Shown: positions 18,870 through 28,318, numbered from the stretch's first letter. The stretch: 46,955 bases of DNA from Minisyncoccota bacterium (GCA_021209525.1 JAJOIF010000009.1:88285-135239); one strand, 5' to 3'. A program made the numbers and translations. The notes: generated by a model from the sequence alone, not told the origin.

Positions 18870-19847
18870 CTACAAACCCAAATGTTCGCGTGCTTTTTGT
18901 GTTGCAATACGGCCTCGCGCTGTTTTCTCTAAAAGTCCTAATTGGATAAGATAAGGCTCGAGCACATCCTCAATAGTTGCTTCTTCTTCTCCGGTTGCTG
19001 CGGCAAGTGTCTTCAAGCCAACAGGGCCACCACCAAACTTATCAATAATAGCAAAAAGTAATTTACGATCAGATTCTGTGAGTCCGATTGTGTCTACGCC
19101 CAGTAATTCAAGAGCCTCTCGAACAACCTCTGTGGTAATAGGAGTTTCATGCACTTGAGCATAGTCACGAACACGCTTGATAAAATAATTCGCGCGACGC
19201 GGTGTGAAACGGCTTCGTTTTGCGATTTCGTCGAGCGCATCTGTTGGAATGGTAATACCAAGTAATTCCGCGCTTCTTTGAACAATACGCGCTATTTCTT
19301 GATCGGTATAAAATTCAAGCCTATGCACGCCGCCAGAAAAACGACTACGAAGTGGTGCTGAGAGCAGGGAAATGCGCGTTGTTGCGGCAATCAATGTAAA
19401 AGGAGGGAGTTCGAGTTGAATGGTGCGCGCCGAAGGACCTTTGCCAATAATGATATCCAAAACACCAGACTCCATAGCGGGGTAGAGAATTTCCTCAACC
19501 ATTTTATTGAGGCGATGAATTTCATCAATAAAAACAATATCACCAGGATTAATATTGGTAAGTATAGATGCAAGATCGCCCACTTTCTCAATAGCAGGAC
19601 CTGAGGTGATTTTCATTTGCGCGCCAGTTTCTTTGGCGATGAGATGAGCAAGTGTTGTTTTTCCAAGACCCGGAGGTCCGTAAAAGAGCAAGTGCTCTGG
19701 TGGGTGATTGCGCTGCTTTGCTGCGGTCAAGAGGATATGAAGATTTTTTTTGATGAGCTCTTGGCCAATATATTCATCCCATGAGTGAGGGCGCAGTGTT
19801 TGATCAAGGTGTTGATGTGATTGTTGGCTAAGAGATTCTTCATTCAT
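18870..19847 (-). CDS. ruvB: Holliday junction branch migration helicase RuvB
   Basis: [12 protein letters not shown], Walker [12 protein letters not shown], and Walker B FIDEIHRL. Confidence 0.95.
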   Translation of the reverse strand: MNEESLSQQSHQHLDQTLRPHSWDEYIGQELIKKNLHILLTAAKQRNHPPEHLLFYGPPGLGKTTLAHLIAKETGAQMKITSGPAIEKVGDLASILTNINPGDIVFIDEIHRLNKMVEEILYPAMESGVLDIIIGKGPSARTIQLELPPFTLIAATTRISLLSAPLRSRFSGGVHRLEFYTDQEIARIVQRSAELLGITIPTDALDEIAKRSRFTPRRANYFIKRVRDYAQVHETPITTEVVREALELLGVDTIGLTESDRKLLFAIIDKFGGGPVGLKTLAAATGEEEATIEDVLEPYLIQLGLLEKTARGRIATQKAREHLGL

Positions 19848-20072
19848 AGGGTTATTATAGTAAAATTAGCAAGAATAAACAAACAAGTAAAAACAATAAA
19901 AAATTACAGAGTAATAAAGAAATTGTTTTCAAAAACAAACACTATATCAGCTCGGAAAAGATATTTTGAGTCAAATTTTGAAATTTTCTTGTGGAAAAGA
20001 AGAGAGAATAGATATGCCTCAAAAACCTAATAAATAAAGGGTTTTGGAGGGTTTATTTCTGTATATTTTTTA

Positions 20073-20103
20073 AAATCCACAACTAATCCACACGTAATCC
20101 ACA
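20073..20103 (+). promoter_or_regulatory. Three phased DnaA-box-like repeats (A/TAATCCACA)
   Basis: aaatccaca 20073-20081, taatccaca 20084-20092, taatccaca 20095-20103. Spacing is 11 bp centre to centre. The last two are one mismatch from TTATCCACA; the first has two. Confidence 0.5.
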
Positions 20104-20197
20104 GATTCTTTTTAAAAAAGACTCAAAATGCTTGCACTATAAAAATTATATGTTAATATGAGTCTCAAGAAATAAAAGAGGCATTTTCGAGTGCCTC

Positions 20198-20226
20198 TTG
20201 ACAATTTATAAGTTATATGCTATACT
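20198..20226 (+). promoter_or_regulatory. Consensus sigma70-type promoter TTGACA-17-TGCTATACT
   Basis: ttgaca 20198-20203, 17-nt spacer, tatact 20221-20226 with TGC immediately upstream. Confidence 0.7.
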
Positions 20227-20275
20227 ATATTTATCAAGCTTAGAGTTTGATATTTAAAAATGTAGCACAGAGAAA

Positions 20276-20453
20276 AAATACCTTGAGCGTATAAATCTCT
20301 AAGCAACCAAGTTCCCGCTTTTGGGATTATGGTGAGGACATTTTGGCCTACTTGCTTGTACAAGTAATCGCGAGAATTATCCTAATCACAATTCCGACAC
20401 CAAGCTCTATAGCTTGAATGGGTTGCTCAGAGATTTATGAATTCAAGGTATTT
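20276..20453 (+). ncRNA. Candidate structured ncRNA, 6S-RNA-like rod with a central asymmetric bubble
   Basis: Closing helices: 20276-20286/20443-20453 (11 bp), 20291-20300/20431-20440 (10 bp), 20302-20308/20421-20427 (7 bp). The bubble has a 3'-side mini-hairpin caagct-ctat-agcttg (20401-20416). Distal helix 20323-20337/20381-20395 has G-U pairs only on the + strand. Apical hairpin tacttg/caagta. No ORF. The promoter lies about 45 nt upstream. Confidence 0.45.
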
Positions 20454-20492
20454 CTATTTATCATAGTACACGTTTGATATTTTTTGTAAACT

Positions 20493-22649
20493 TTACAAAC
20501 CGAGAGAAAGGTTTTGTAGTGAAGACCTAATTCCTTGGAGTGCATCAGCAACACCCACATCAGGTTGTATAGACTGATGGTGTTCAATTTTCTTTAATTC
20601 TTGCATAAGTAAATCAACTTCTTCATGCACACGCTCTTGCTCCGTTTTTGTTTTATGTTCAAAAAGGGAGGTGCGGTTTTTCTTGAGTAAACTGAGAATA
20701 GTTTGCTGTACTGATCTAATTTGTTTTGCAATACCGAGATGCGGATGTCGCGCTTGTTCTTGTTCAAGCATCTGCAAATAATCAACCAAGAGACGCACTT
20801 CGTCTTGAACAGCGCTGTCTTCGGATGCGAGCATCGCTTCGTCTTCGTTATAATAATCATGAGGCGCAGAGTCGTGATTCTCAACACCTTCTACAGTCCT
20901 TGCAGGAGAAATTTCATCCATTTTACGCATTTCTTCATTTTCAAAAAGATCTAAATCTTCTTCAAGGTCAACAACCTTGACCACTTCTTCTACAGAAGTA
21001 ATACCAGCAAGGATTTTTAATACCCCATCTTCTTTCATAGAGAGAATTCCTTGATGAACAGCAACTTTTTTGACTTCACGCTCGCTCGGATGTTTTTCAA
21101 GAATTTGCTGTAATGCATTATCATTAAGAATAGCTTCAAAAACCCCGAGGCGCCCTTTGTAGCCGCGTCCGCCACATTTCTCGCAACCTACTGGTTTCCA
21201 GGTAACAATTTCTTGATCTGGTGAAATATTATACGCAGCAAGATCTTTTCCGGTTCGTGCAGCTTGGTCGAGTACTTTTTTCAAGACACTTTTTTCTTGC
21301 TCTGTTGGTTCTGCTTGCACTTTGCAGTGTACACATAATTTACGCACTAAGCGTTGCGCAATAGAAACAGAAAGCGCTGCAGCGAGAATGCCTGGTTTTA
21401 ATTTGAGATCAAGAAGACGGGGAATAGCGCCTGCCGCATTATTAGTGTGCAATGTTGAAAGCACCAAGTGACCTGTGAGCGATGCATTGACGGCAATATT
21501 TGCTGTTTCGCTATCTCGGATTTCTCCAACCATGATAACATCGGGGTCTTGGCGGAGTGCTGCACGCAAGCCACTCAAGAAATCATATCCTTTCTCATGA
21601 TCTACTTGGGTTTGAGTAATACCTTCAACATGATATTCAATAGGATCTTCGATGGTGAGAATCTTGATTTCAGGAGTGTAGACTTCTTTAAGGAAAGAGT
21701 AAAGCGTCGTTGTCTTACCCGAACCTGTAGGACCGGTCGTCAAAATCAAACCATTTGGTTTTTTGATTTCTGATTCAAGAATGGCAAGGAGTTTTGGTTC
21801 AATACCCAAATCCTGTAACCCAACACTAATATTGTCAGGATTAAGCAAGCGCATAACAATAGCCTCGCCGTATCCGCCAGGAATTACTGAGGTACGAATT
21901 TCAATTTGTTGACCTTTAAAATTAATAGTAAATCGACCATCTTGGGCGTCTTGGGTTTGGGTAAGTTTCAAGCCAGAAATGAGCTTGAGGCGCGACATAA
22001 TCATGCGATATGTCTCATGATCAAAAAGAATAATGTCTTGGAGGACACCATCAAGGCGGAAACGCAAACGCGCTGTTTCTTCTTGTGCTTCAATATGCAC
22101 ATCAGAAACTTTAAGTGCTACTGCAGACCCAAAAATAATTTCAATGAGACGAGAAATACGGTGTGAAGCATTTTCTTCATTTGCTTCTTGGAAAAGGGTA
22201 CGGACATCATCAGCACTAGACACTCGTGATGAAATTTCCTGGAGCGCAGATTCAGAGATATCTAAAAAACTCCCACGAGAACTACTTGCCAGAGAAATAT
22301 CAGCATAGTGATCCCATGCTTTTTTGAGACTCGTGCTTGAGGTCATATAGGCAAATACCTCATATCCTTTATCGGCAAGAGTAGCAATGCGATTTTGCGT
22401 TGACTCTCGTTCAGGAGACCGTACTGCCAGATGGAGTTTGTCACCCACGAGTTTGAATCCAGCAACTTCGTCTGCGCGCGCATCTTGTTCGTCTATAATA
22501 CGCAGCGCATCAGTATCAATACCCACGCTTGTGAGGTCGATATAGGGAATGTTATTTTTTTGGGCAAGAAGTTGCACGAGGTCTTCTTCTTCGCGATGAT
22601 GAATTTCCTCGATATTTTTTCTTGTTTTTTCTTCATCAACAATAGACAT
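20493..22649 (-). CDS. pilB: Type II/IV secretion ATPase (PilB/GspE family) with a ~150-aa C-terminal coiled-coil-like extension
   Basis: N-terminal GspE_N-like domain. Walker A GPTGSGKTTTL, Asp box ILTIEDPIEY, Walker B VIMVGEIRD, His box LSTLHTNNA, and a tetracysteine CVHC...CEKCGGRGYKGR. Confidence 0.9.
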   Translation of the reverse strand: MSIVDEEKTRKNIEEIHHREEEDLVQLLAQKNNIPYIDLTSVGIDTDALRIIDEQDARADEVAGFKLVGDKLHLAVRSPERESTQNRIATLADKGYEVFAYMTSSTSLKKAWDHYADISLASSSRGSFLDISESALQEISSRVSSADDVRTLFQEANEENASHRISRLIEIIFGSAVALKVSDVHIEAQEETARLRFRLDGVLQDIILFDHETYRMIMSRLKLISGLKLTQTQDAQDGRFTINFKGQQIEIRTSVIPGGYGEAIVMRLLNPDNISVGLQDLGIEPKLLAILESEIKKPNGLILTTGPTGSGKTTTLYSFLKEVYTPEIKILTIEDPIEYHVEGITQTQVDHEKGYDFLSGLRAALRQDPDVIMVGEIRDSETANIAVNASLTGHLVLSTLHTNNAAGAIPRLLDLKLKPGILAAALSVSIAQRLVRKLCVHCKVQAEPTEQEKSVLKKVLDQAARTGKDLAAYNISPDQEIVTWKPVGCEKCGGRGYKGRLGVFEAILNDNALQQILEKHPSEREVKKVAVHQGILSMKEDGVLKILAGITSVEEVVKVVDLEEDLDLFENEEMRKMDEISPARTVEGVENHDSAPHDYYNEDEAMLASEDSAVQDEVRLLVDYLQMLEQEQARHPHLGIAKQIRSVQQTILSLLKKNRTSLFEHKTKTEQERVHEEVDLLMQELKKIEHHQSIQPDVGVADALQGIRSSLQNLSLGL

Positions 22650-22953
22650 ATATATATTGTATCACGAGTGTGCAGAAAAAGTAGTGTGCATTGCTCATAT
22701 GTTTTAATTTTTACAATACTCTGACACATTGCGTCGGCCGAGCAATTATTTGTTGAGTGTTATGAATATATTGTTTATCGCATCAGAGTTTCATATAAAC
22801 ATACAAAGAATAATTTCCATTATTCTGCCAAACCACCTTGCTTTGGACAAGGATAATATGACGATGCTTTACTCAGAGGTTTTTCATAGACAGCGCAAGA
22901 AACATTGACAGGTTGTATTATTTTTGGTAATTTCAATAAAAAACCTTAACAAT

Positions 22954-24291
22954 ATGAAAAAAATAATTTTTAGTTTCTTTTGTGTGCTAATAAGCACACA
23001 ATTGATAGGACAATCTATGTATTCAGGTCTCAGACCTGCACACAAGAAAACTCACGCATCCACCGAAGACGCAAGAGCGTATTTACATATATTAGTAAAT
23101 GCACTTGATAGGCTTGATCGGAATGTGTTTTATGAGCCAGAATTAACCATTGCTTCTATACAGGAAGCGTGGATTGAGTCAGGTGGCGCACATGAGTGGA
23201 ATTTTCCTCTTTTAACTCATGATGCAACTATGGATATGTTGCGCGACACCTCTTTATTCATACTTGCTCCTGCTAATTTTTCTCGCGAAACACACATATT
23301 ATCGTGCGTGAGTAAAGATCTTGACCGGTACGAGTGGTGTGAAAAAAGAAATCCGCGACATAATAATGATCGTTTTGAGTATGCTCTTTTTGTGAGAAAC
23401 AAAGACGGCACACGAGGAGACCCGTTTTTTGTGACAGGATGTGGCAATGCGGTAAAACAAGCTGAATCAGTAGTGTCAAACAATAACGTTGAGAATATTT
23501 TGGGTGATATGTTTGAGCGACGATTGCCAGACACTCTCGCAGTATCTCTTGCGAATAATGATGTGCGTATCTATATGCCTGTGAAAAAAAATATTACAGA
23601 ACATATTCCGTACAAAAAATTATCGCGACCGCGTATGGTGTTTGGGATTAGTGAATCACCAGAAGCAGAACAAAATATTGCCTCAGGAGGTATTGTGTAT
23701 GCATATGACACTATAAAAAATGTCACGCATCATATTGATACTATAAAAAACACATCATATGTGTATGATACTCCACCAACCAAGCCCGGCATTGATCCTT
23801 ATCAAGGATATACCGCCTCTCGAAGCAGTGGAAATATATCAATAAGTATTGTAAATACGATTACAAACACAAATACACAAAATCAATCACAAAGTCAGGG
23901 TTCTCAGCAAAAAGGTTTTGTTACAGGGCCGACATCAGGCAGCATCGCTTCATTTGATACGACTCAAGATGCTCACAATAATACTGTGCAAGATGGTTTT
24001 GATAATATCGCACCAGCGGTAACATTTATTAACCCGCAGCCAATTATTATGCAGACACCTATTGTTCAGCCTATATGGAATACTTGGCAACAACCTATGT
24101 GGAATCAATGGGGGAATAGTTGGAATATTTGGCAACAACCCCTATGGAACAATGGATGTTTATCAGGTTTTAATACGGGGCAACAACCCGTATGGAATAA
24201 TTGGTGGGGAGGAGGTTTCGGTAGTCAATATACTGCATGGCACCAACGACCATGGTCACCGTGGAACACATGGAATAATGTTTGTTTTTAG
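22954..24291 (+). CDS. Secreted protein, paralog A (conserved N-domain, Q/S/T/N linker, Trp/Gln/Asn-rich repeat tail)
   Basis: Signal MKKIIFSFFCVLISTQLIGQ. N-domain shared with 24505-25641 (HKK..AS; SC.S.D....W.WCEKR). Tail IVQPIWNTWQQPMWNQWGNSWNIWQQPLWNN...VWNNWW. Own promoter (ttgaca 22905, taattt 22928) and terminator. Confidence 0.7.
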   Translation: MKKIIFSFFCVLISTQLIGQSMYSGLRPAHKKTHASTEDARAYLHILVNALDRLDRNVFYEPELTIASIQEAWIESGGAHEWNFPLLTHDATMDMLRDTSLFILAPANFSRETHILSCVSKDLDRYEWCEKRNPRHNNDRFEYALFVRNKDGTRGDPFFVTGCGNAVKQAESVVSNNNVENILGDMFERRLPDTLAVSLANNDVRIYMPVKKNITEHIPYKKLSRPRMVFGISESPEAEQNIASGGIVYAYDTIKNVTHHIDTIKNTSYVYDTPPTKPGIDPYQGYTASRSSGNISISIVNTITNTNTQNQSQSQGSQQKGFVTGPTSGSIASFDTTQDAHNNTVQDGFDNIAPAVTFINPQPIIMQTPIVQPIWNTWQQPMWNQWGNSWNIWQQPLWNNGCLSGFNTGQQPVWNNWWGGGFGSQYTAWHQRPWSPWNTWNNVCF

Positions 24292-24292
24292 T

Positions 24293-24328
24293 AAAAACCC
24301 CTGCAAAACAGGGGTTTTGTTATTTTTT
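24293..24328 (+). terminator. Intrinsic terminator
   Basis: Stem cccctg/cagggg plus a T-run. Confidence 0.75.
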
Positions 24329-24367
24329 AATAAAAAACACACAAAACAAGCAAGGTCAAATAGATAC

Positions 24368-24396
24368 TTGACATATAGTATCTAAAATGCTATACT
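24368..24396 (+). promoter_or_regulatory. Consensus promoter TTGACA-17-TGCTATACT
   Basis: ttgaca 24368-24373 and tatact 24391-24396 with TGC upstream. Confidence 0.7.
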
Positions 24397-24504
24397 ATAC
24401 GAGAAATAAAAAGTTTAACAATTTTTCATAAGATGTTTTTAAGTGACACAAGTGATGATTCTATAAAAATGATAATCATTTATGTCACTTAAAAACAAAA
24501 TAAT

Positions 24505-25641
24505 ATGAAAAATCTAATAAAAACTTTGTTCTTTGTAATAATAATTACATTCAACAACGTGTCTGCACAAAAGCAGCACGGCACATTAAAAAGCGAGCAC
24601 AAAAAACTCGCATCATCTCTATCTGAAGCAAAATTGCTTCACATAGAGCTCGTAAGAGTTCTACGTGACCAAGACGCTTCAAAAATTTGGGGCCCAGGAA
24701 TAGCCTGGGAGCCAATAGCGGACGCATGGAATGTAAGTGATGCTGCAAAAGCACACAATCATTTTGTGCAAACCAAAGACGCCACCATCAGTCTTTTGAC
24801 TGACGGCACCAAGGTTGGATTAAAAAAATCTGAGTTTGGTTCAGATGATTACCTGTCGTGCATTTCACCCGATCAAAAAAGTTGGTCATGGTGTGAAAAA
24901 AGAAGTGCAGTAGGTAATGGTGTTGGGGCCGAATGGTCTGTCGTTACCAAAATGCCTGACGGCAGTTTGGGGCAAGAGTTCGTTTCGTTGTATTGCTTCA
25001 ACGGAATAAAAGTGTCAAATGGAAGCAATCAAATCACTCAAGTGGTTAAAGAAACCACTCCTGCGGGTGATGTGATTGTTAATGTTACTATTAATAATAG
25101 TAATACCCAATCTCAAACCCAAACACAAGACCAGGTTGTTCAACCATCTCTTGCTACTGGAACACCAGTAGGTCAGCAGGTGGTTTACTATCCTCAACAA
25201 CAGCTTGTTCCAATGATGCCTATGCAACAATGGGGCGGAGGTGGAGTTTTTGCTCCAAGTCTTAGTGTCAATTTGGGTAGTTGGAATTTTGGCGGTGGTA
25301 ATAGGGGAATGGGTTGTGTTATACCGCAACCAAATAACCCTCAACCACACCAGCCAAATGTTGTGGTGTTTAACCCCCATGTGCCACCAGTACCTGGCGG
25401 GCAGCCTGGTAATACTGGCGGTCCAATTATTGGATCTCCAGGAAATGTTGGAGGAGGAGTTATTGGCAATCCGGGTAATACTGGTGGCCCAATAGGGAAC
25501 CCTGGAAATACAGGTGGTGGTTTCGGAAACCCTGGCAATACGGGAGGCAGCTTCGGGAATCCTGGCAACACCGGAGGAAACTTCGGCAACCCAGGAAATG
25601 TGGGTGGCCGAACAATGATGTCAAATGGCATCAGAATGTAA
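24505..25641 (+). CDS. Secreted protein, paralog B (same N-domain, Gly/Asn/Pro repeat tail)
   Basis: Signal MKNLIKTLFFVIIITFNNVSAQ. The N-domain aligns with paralog A. The tail has about 7 repeats of GNPGNTGGxF. Confidence 0.7.
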   Translation: MKNLIKTLFFVIIITFNNVSAQKQHGTLKSEHKKLASSLSEAKLLHIELVRVLRDQDASKIWGPGIAWEPIADAWNVSDAAKAHNHFVQTKDATISLLTDGTKVGLKKSEFGSDDYLSCISPDQKSWSWCEKRSAVGNGVGAEWSVVTKMPDGSLGQEFVSLYCFNGIKVSNGSNQITQVVKETTPAGDVIVNVTINNSNTQSQTQTQDQVVQPSLATGTPVGQQVVYYPQQQLVPMMPMQQWGGGGVFAPSLSVNLGSWNFGGGNRGMGCVIPQPNNPQPHQPNVVVFNPHVPPVPGGQPGNTGGPIIGSPGNVGGGVIGNPGNTGGPIGNPGNTGGGFGNPGNTGGSFGNPGNTGGNFGNPGNVGGRTMMSNGIRM

Positions 25642-25825
25642 TTATTAATTTAAAATAGCAGGAGCACACAAAGTTGCTCCTGCCTATGATTGAGTTCTGA
25701 ACAACTTTGTTGAGGTCTCAAGTATAGAATAATGCTTGACAAACGTATATAATATGATATTATATATATACGCTTTAGAAAGCGTGCACAATTAATAGAT
25801 TTTATTCATTATTTATATTTTATTT

Positions 25826-28318
25826 ATGAAAACATATATCAACAATTCAATCAAAACAATAATGGCCGCTATGGTTATTATTGCTGGATTTTTTGCGATG
25901 GCTTCATTTGCTCAGGCATCAGCTTCATTTGCAAATGGATATTATGATACGCTCCGCGCAGCAAATCATACAGACAATCCATTTAGCATAAACTGGGATG
26001 ACGAAGGAGCAACGACTGCTTCTTTGAACCCTGGGGATCAAGCATCATTCTCAATCTTTTACCAAAACACAGGTACTTCAACTGCGCAAAATGTTCGCGT
26101 GCGACTCTCTCCTCAATCAACAGGAAGCGCATCAGCGCATTCGTTTACCGCGACAGTATCATCATCAAACACAAGCACTATAACAGGAAATGCAACAGTA
26201 ACAGTGCGTGGTGGTTCATCACAATCGCTTACTTTTCTGCCAGGTGTTTCAAAGTTCTACCGAAACTCTTGGACAGTAACATCACCTCTTGCAAATCTTG
26301 ATAGTGATCTATTCTCATCAGCAGGTGTGCTTGTTGGAAATGTTGAACCAGGAGGGTATGGTTTCATTGTGGTTGCATACCGCATGAGTGGAACACAAAC
26401 CCCAGTAGTGCAAAACCCAACCGTAGTAACACTCTCGGTGGAGGATGTAACACCAACATCTGCAATCATCAATGGTTCATACAATGCACAAGGGAATACT
26501 GTTGCGACATACTTTGTGTATGCAACATCGGTCGCGGGTCTTGCGACAGGTATGGAAACACAGTCTGTAACACAGACAAACTCAGGTCAGATGGCGGCAA
26601 GTCTTACTAACCTTACTCCAAATACCACCTACTTCTATCGCGCTTGTGCACGCAACCTCTCAAACAATACCGTCATCTGTGGTGTTGATCGACAATTTAC
26701 TACAACAGGAAACGCTGTAGAAACAATGCTTTCTGTTGCAACACAATCACCACAAAATGTTTCAACAAATTCAGTAACCCTTCGTGGTCAAGTGACTTCA
26801 GGAAATAATGCAACCGTATGGTTTGTTATGGGTACAAACTCAAACATCTCTTGTACAACAGCAACTGGATCACAAACATATTCAGTAAATGGATTGTTTA
26901 ACAATGGAAATCTTATTGAGCGATTTACTTCAGGTCTCGCTTCAAACACTACCTACTTCTATCGCGTTTGTGCGCAAAATGGTCAAGGTGTTGTAAGTGG
27001 TGATCGTGTACAGTTTACTACCAACCAACAACCTTCACAAGATGTTGCAATTGGAGTAAATACACTCGCAGTAAATAATTTATTGTCAAACTCAGCAACT
27101 CTTCGTGGCCAAGTGACTTCAGGAAACAATGTATCAACATGGTTCGTTATGAGCACTAACTCAAATGTGTCATGTACATCATCACCTCGTTATGATGTTT
27201 CAGGAACATACTTTGGAGGAAATACTTTTAATTTCTCAGTATCAAATCTTGTTCCAAGTACTACATACTTTTACCGCGCATGTGGTCAAAACAATCAAGG
27301 AATTGCAGAAGGTGCTCGTGGAGATTTCCGCACACCACAACAAAGTGTGAACAATAATACACTCCCTGTAGCATCTGCATGTTCTCTTGTATCAGCAGGG
27401 CAAGCAACTGCAACTATTCGTGCAGCATATGCAAGCAATACTAATGCAACAGGATACTTCCAATATGGAACATCAACAGCATTTGGAAGTGCAACAACAA
27501 CACGCACCTATGCAGGAACCGGTCTTGCCCAAGAAGTAATTTCAGGATTGCAACCAAATACACAATACTTTTGTCAATTTGTTATCACCAATGATGCCGG
27601 GGTAACTCGCGGAGATATCGGATCATTCCGTACTCAGGCAGTACCTGCTGCAATTGGTGGCGGAACAACAACAGTAGTGCGTACCGTAACTACAGGTGGT
27701 GGCAACTTTGTTACCTTGCTCATTAACAATAATCAAGAAATTGCAACACGCGGGCAAACAGTTCAGTATGTTGTAGAATATTCAAATATTTCTCGACAAA
27801 ATCTTGACCAAGTAGGACTCCTTGTTCGCTTGCCAAAAGCAGCACGATTTGTATCTTCAGATCGTGGAACCTACAACCGACGTGACCACACTGTATACTA
27901 CCGAATCGGTACCTTCAATGAAGGACAAACCGATCGCATGAACATCGTGGTGCGTATTGTATCTGCTCGCGAAGGTGAACCAATTGTTGCCGAAGCAGTA
28001 CTTGCATTTGAAAATCCAGACGATCGCGGTAATGCATTCATCAACGCTATTGAATTTGATGCTGATACATACAGCGCAGGCGTTGGTCTTGCAGCCGGTC
28101 TCTTTGGATTCGGATTCCCAAGTACTTTTGGTGAATGGATGCTCTTCCTTCTCTTGATTGTTCTCTTGATTCTCGTTGCGCGTTATTTCTATAACAGCAA
28201 CCGTGAACACAATGCTCGTATGGCTGCAATTCGCGCCCAAGAACAAGCACATCGTTCACGCTATCAAGCAGAACAAGCAGGGAATTACGGAAATACTTCA
28301 GATAGATATACCAACTAA
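25826..28318 (+). CDS. Large cell-surface protein: N-terminal CARDB/DUF11-like domain, about 4 Fn3-like repeats, DUF11-like domain, C-terminal TM anchor
   Basis: Signal ...ASFAQASA. Recurrent NTTYFYR(A/V)C(A/G)QN..G modules. Segments GQTVQYVVEYSNIS and C-terminal WMLFLLLIVLLILVARYF. Confidence 0.7.
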   Translation: MKTYINNSIKTIMAAMVIIAGFFAMASFAQASASFANGYYDTLRAANHTDNPFSINWDDEGATTASLNPGDQASFSIFYQNTGTSTAQNVRVRLSPQSTGSASAHSFTATVSSSNTSTITGNATVTVRGGSSQSLTFLPGVSKFYRNSWTVTSPLANLDSDLFSSAGVLVGNVEPGGYGFIVVAYRMSGTQTPVVQNPTVVTLSVEDVTPTSAIINGSYNAQGNTVATYFVYATSVAGLATGMETQSVTQTNSGQMAASLTNLTPNTTYFYRACARNLSNNTVICGVDRQFTTTGNAVETMLSVATQSPQNVSTNSVTLRGQVTSGNNATVWFVMGTNSNISCTTATGSQTYSVNGLFNNGNLIERFTSGLASNTTYFYRVCAQNGQGVVSGDRVQFTTNQQPSQDVAIGVNTLAVNNLLSNSATLRGQVTSGNNVSTWFVMSTNSNVSCTSSPRYDVSGTYFGGNTFNFSVSNLVPSTTYFYRACGQNNQGIAEGARGDFRTPQQSVNNNTLPVASACSLVSAGQATATIRAAYASNTNATGYFQYGTSTAFGSATTTRTYAGTGLAQEVISGLQPNTQYFCQFVITNDAGVTRGDIGSFRTQAVPAAIGGGTTTVVRTVTTGGGNFVTLLINNNQEIATRGQTVQYVVEYSNISRQNLDQVGLLVRLPKAARFVSSDRGTYNRRDHTVYYRIGTFNEGQTDRMNIVVRIVSAREGEPIVAEAVLAFENPDDRGNAFINAIEFDADTYSAGVGLAAGLFGFGFPSTFGEWMLFLLLIVLLILVARYFYNSNREHNARMAAIRAQEQAHRSRYQAEQAGNYGNTSDRYTN

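Noticed and set aside
25396-25608. Tandem repeats considered as a CRISPR array or VNTR; the TTGA array at 40353-40410 was also considered
   Set aside because: The first set is in-frame coding repeats with no spacer structure. The second has units far too short (7-9 nt) with no unique spacers. No cas genes are present.
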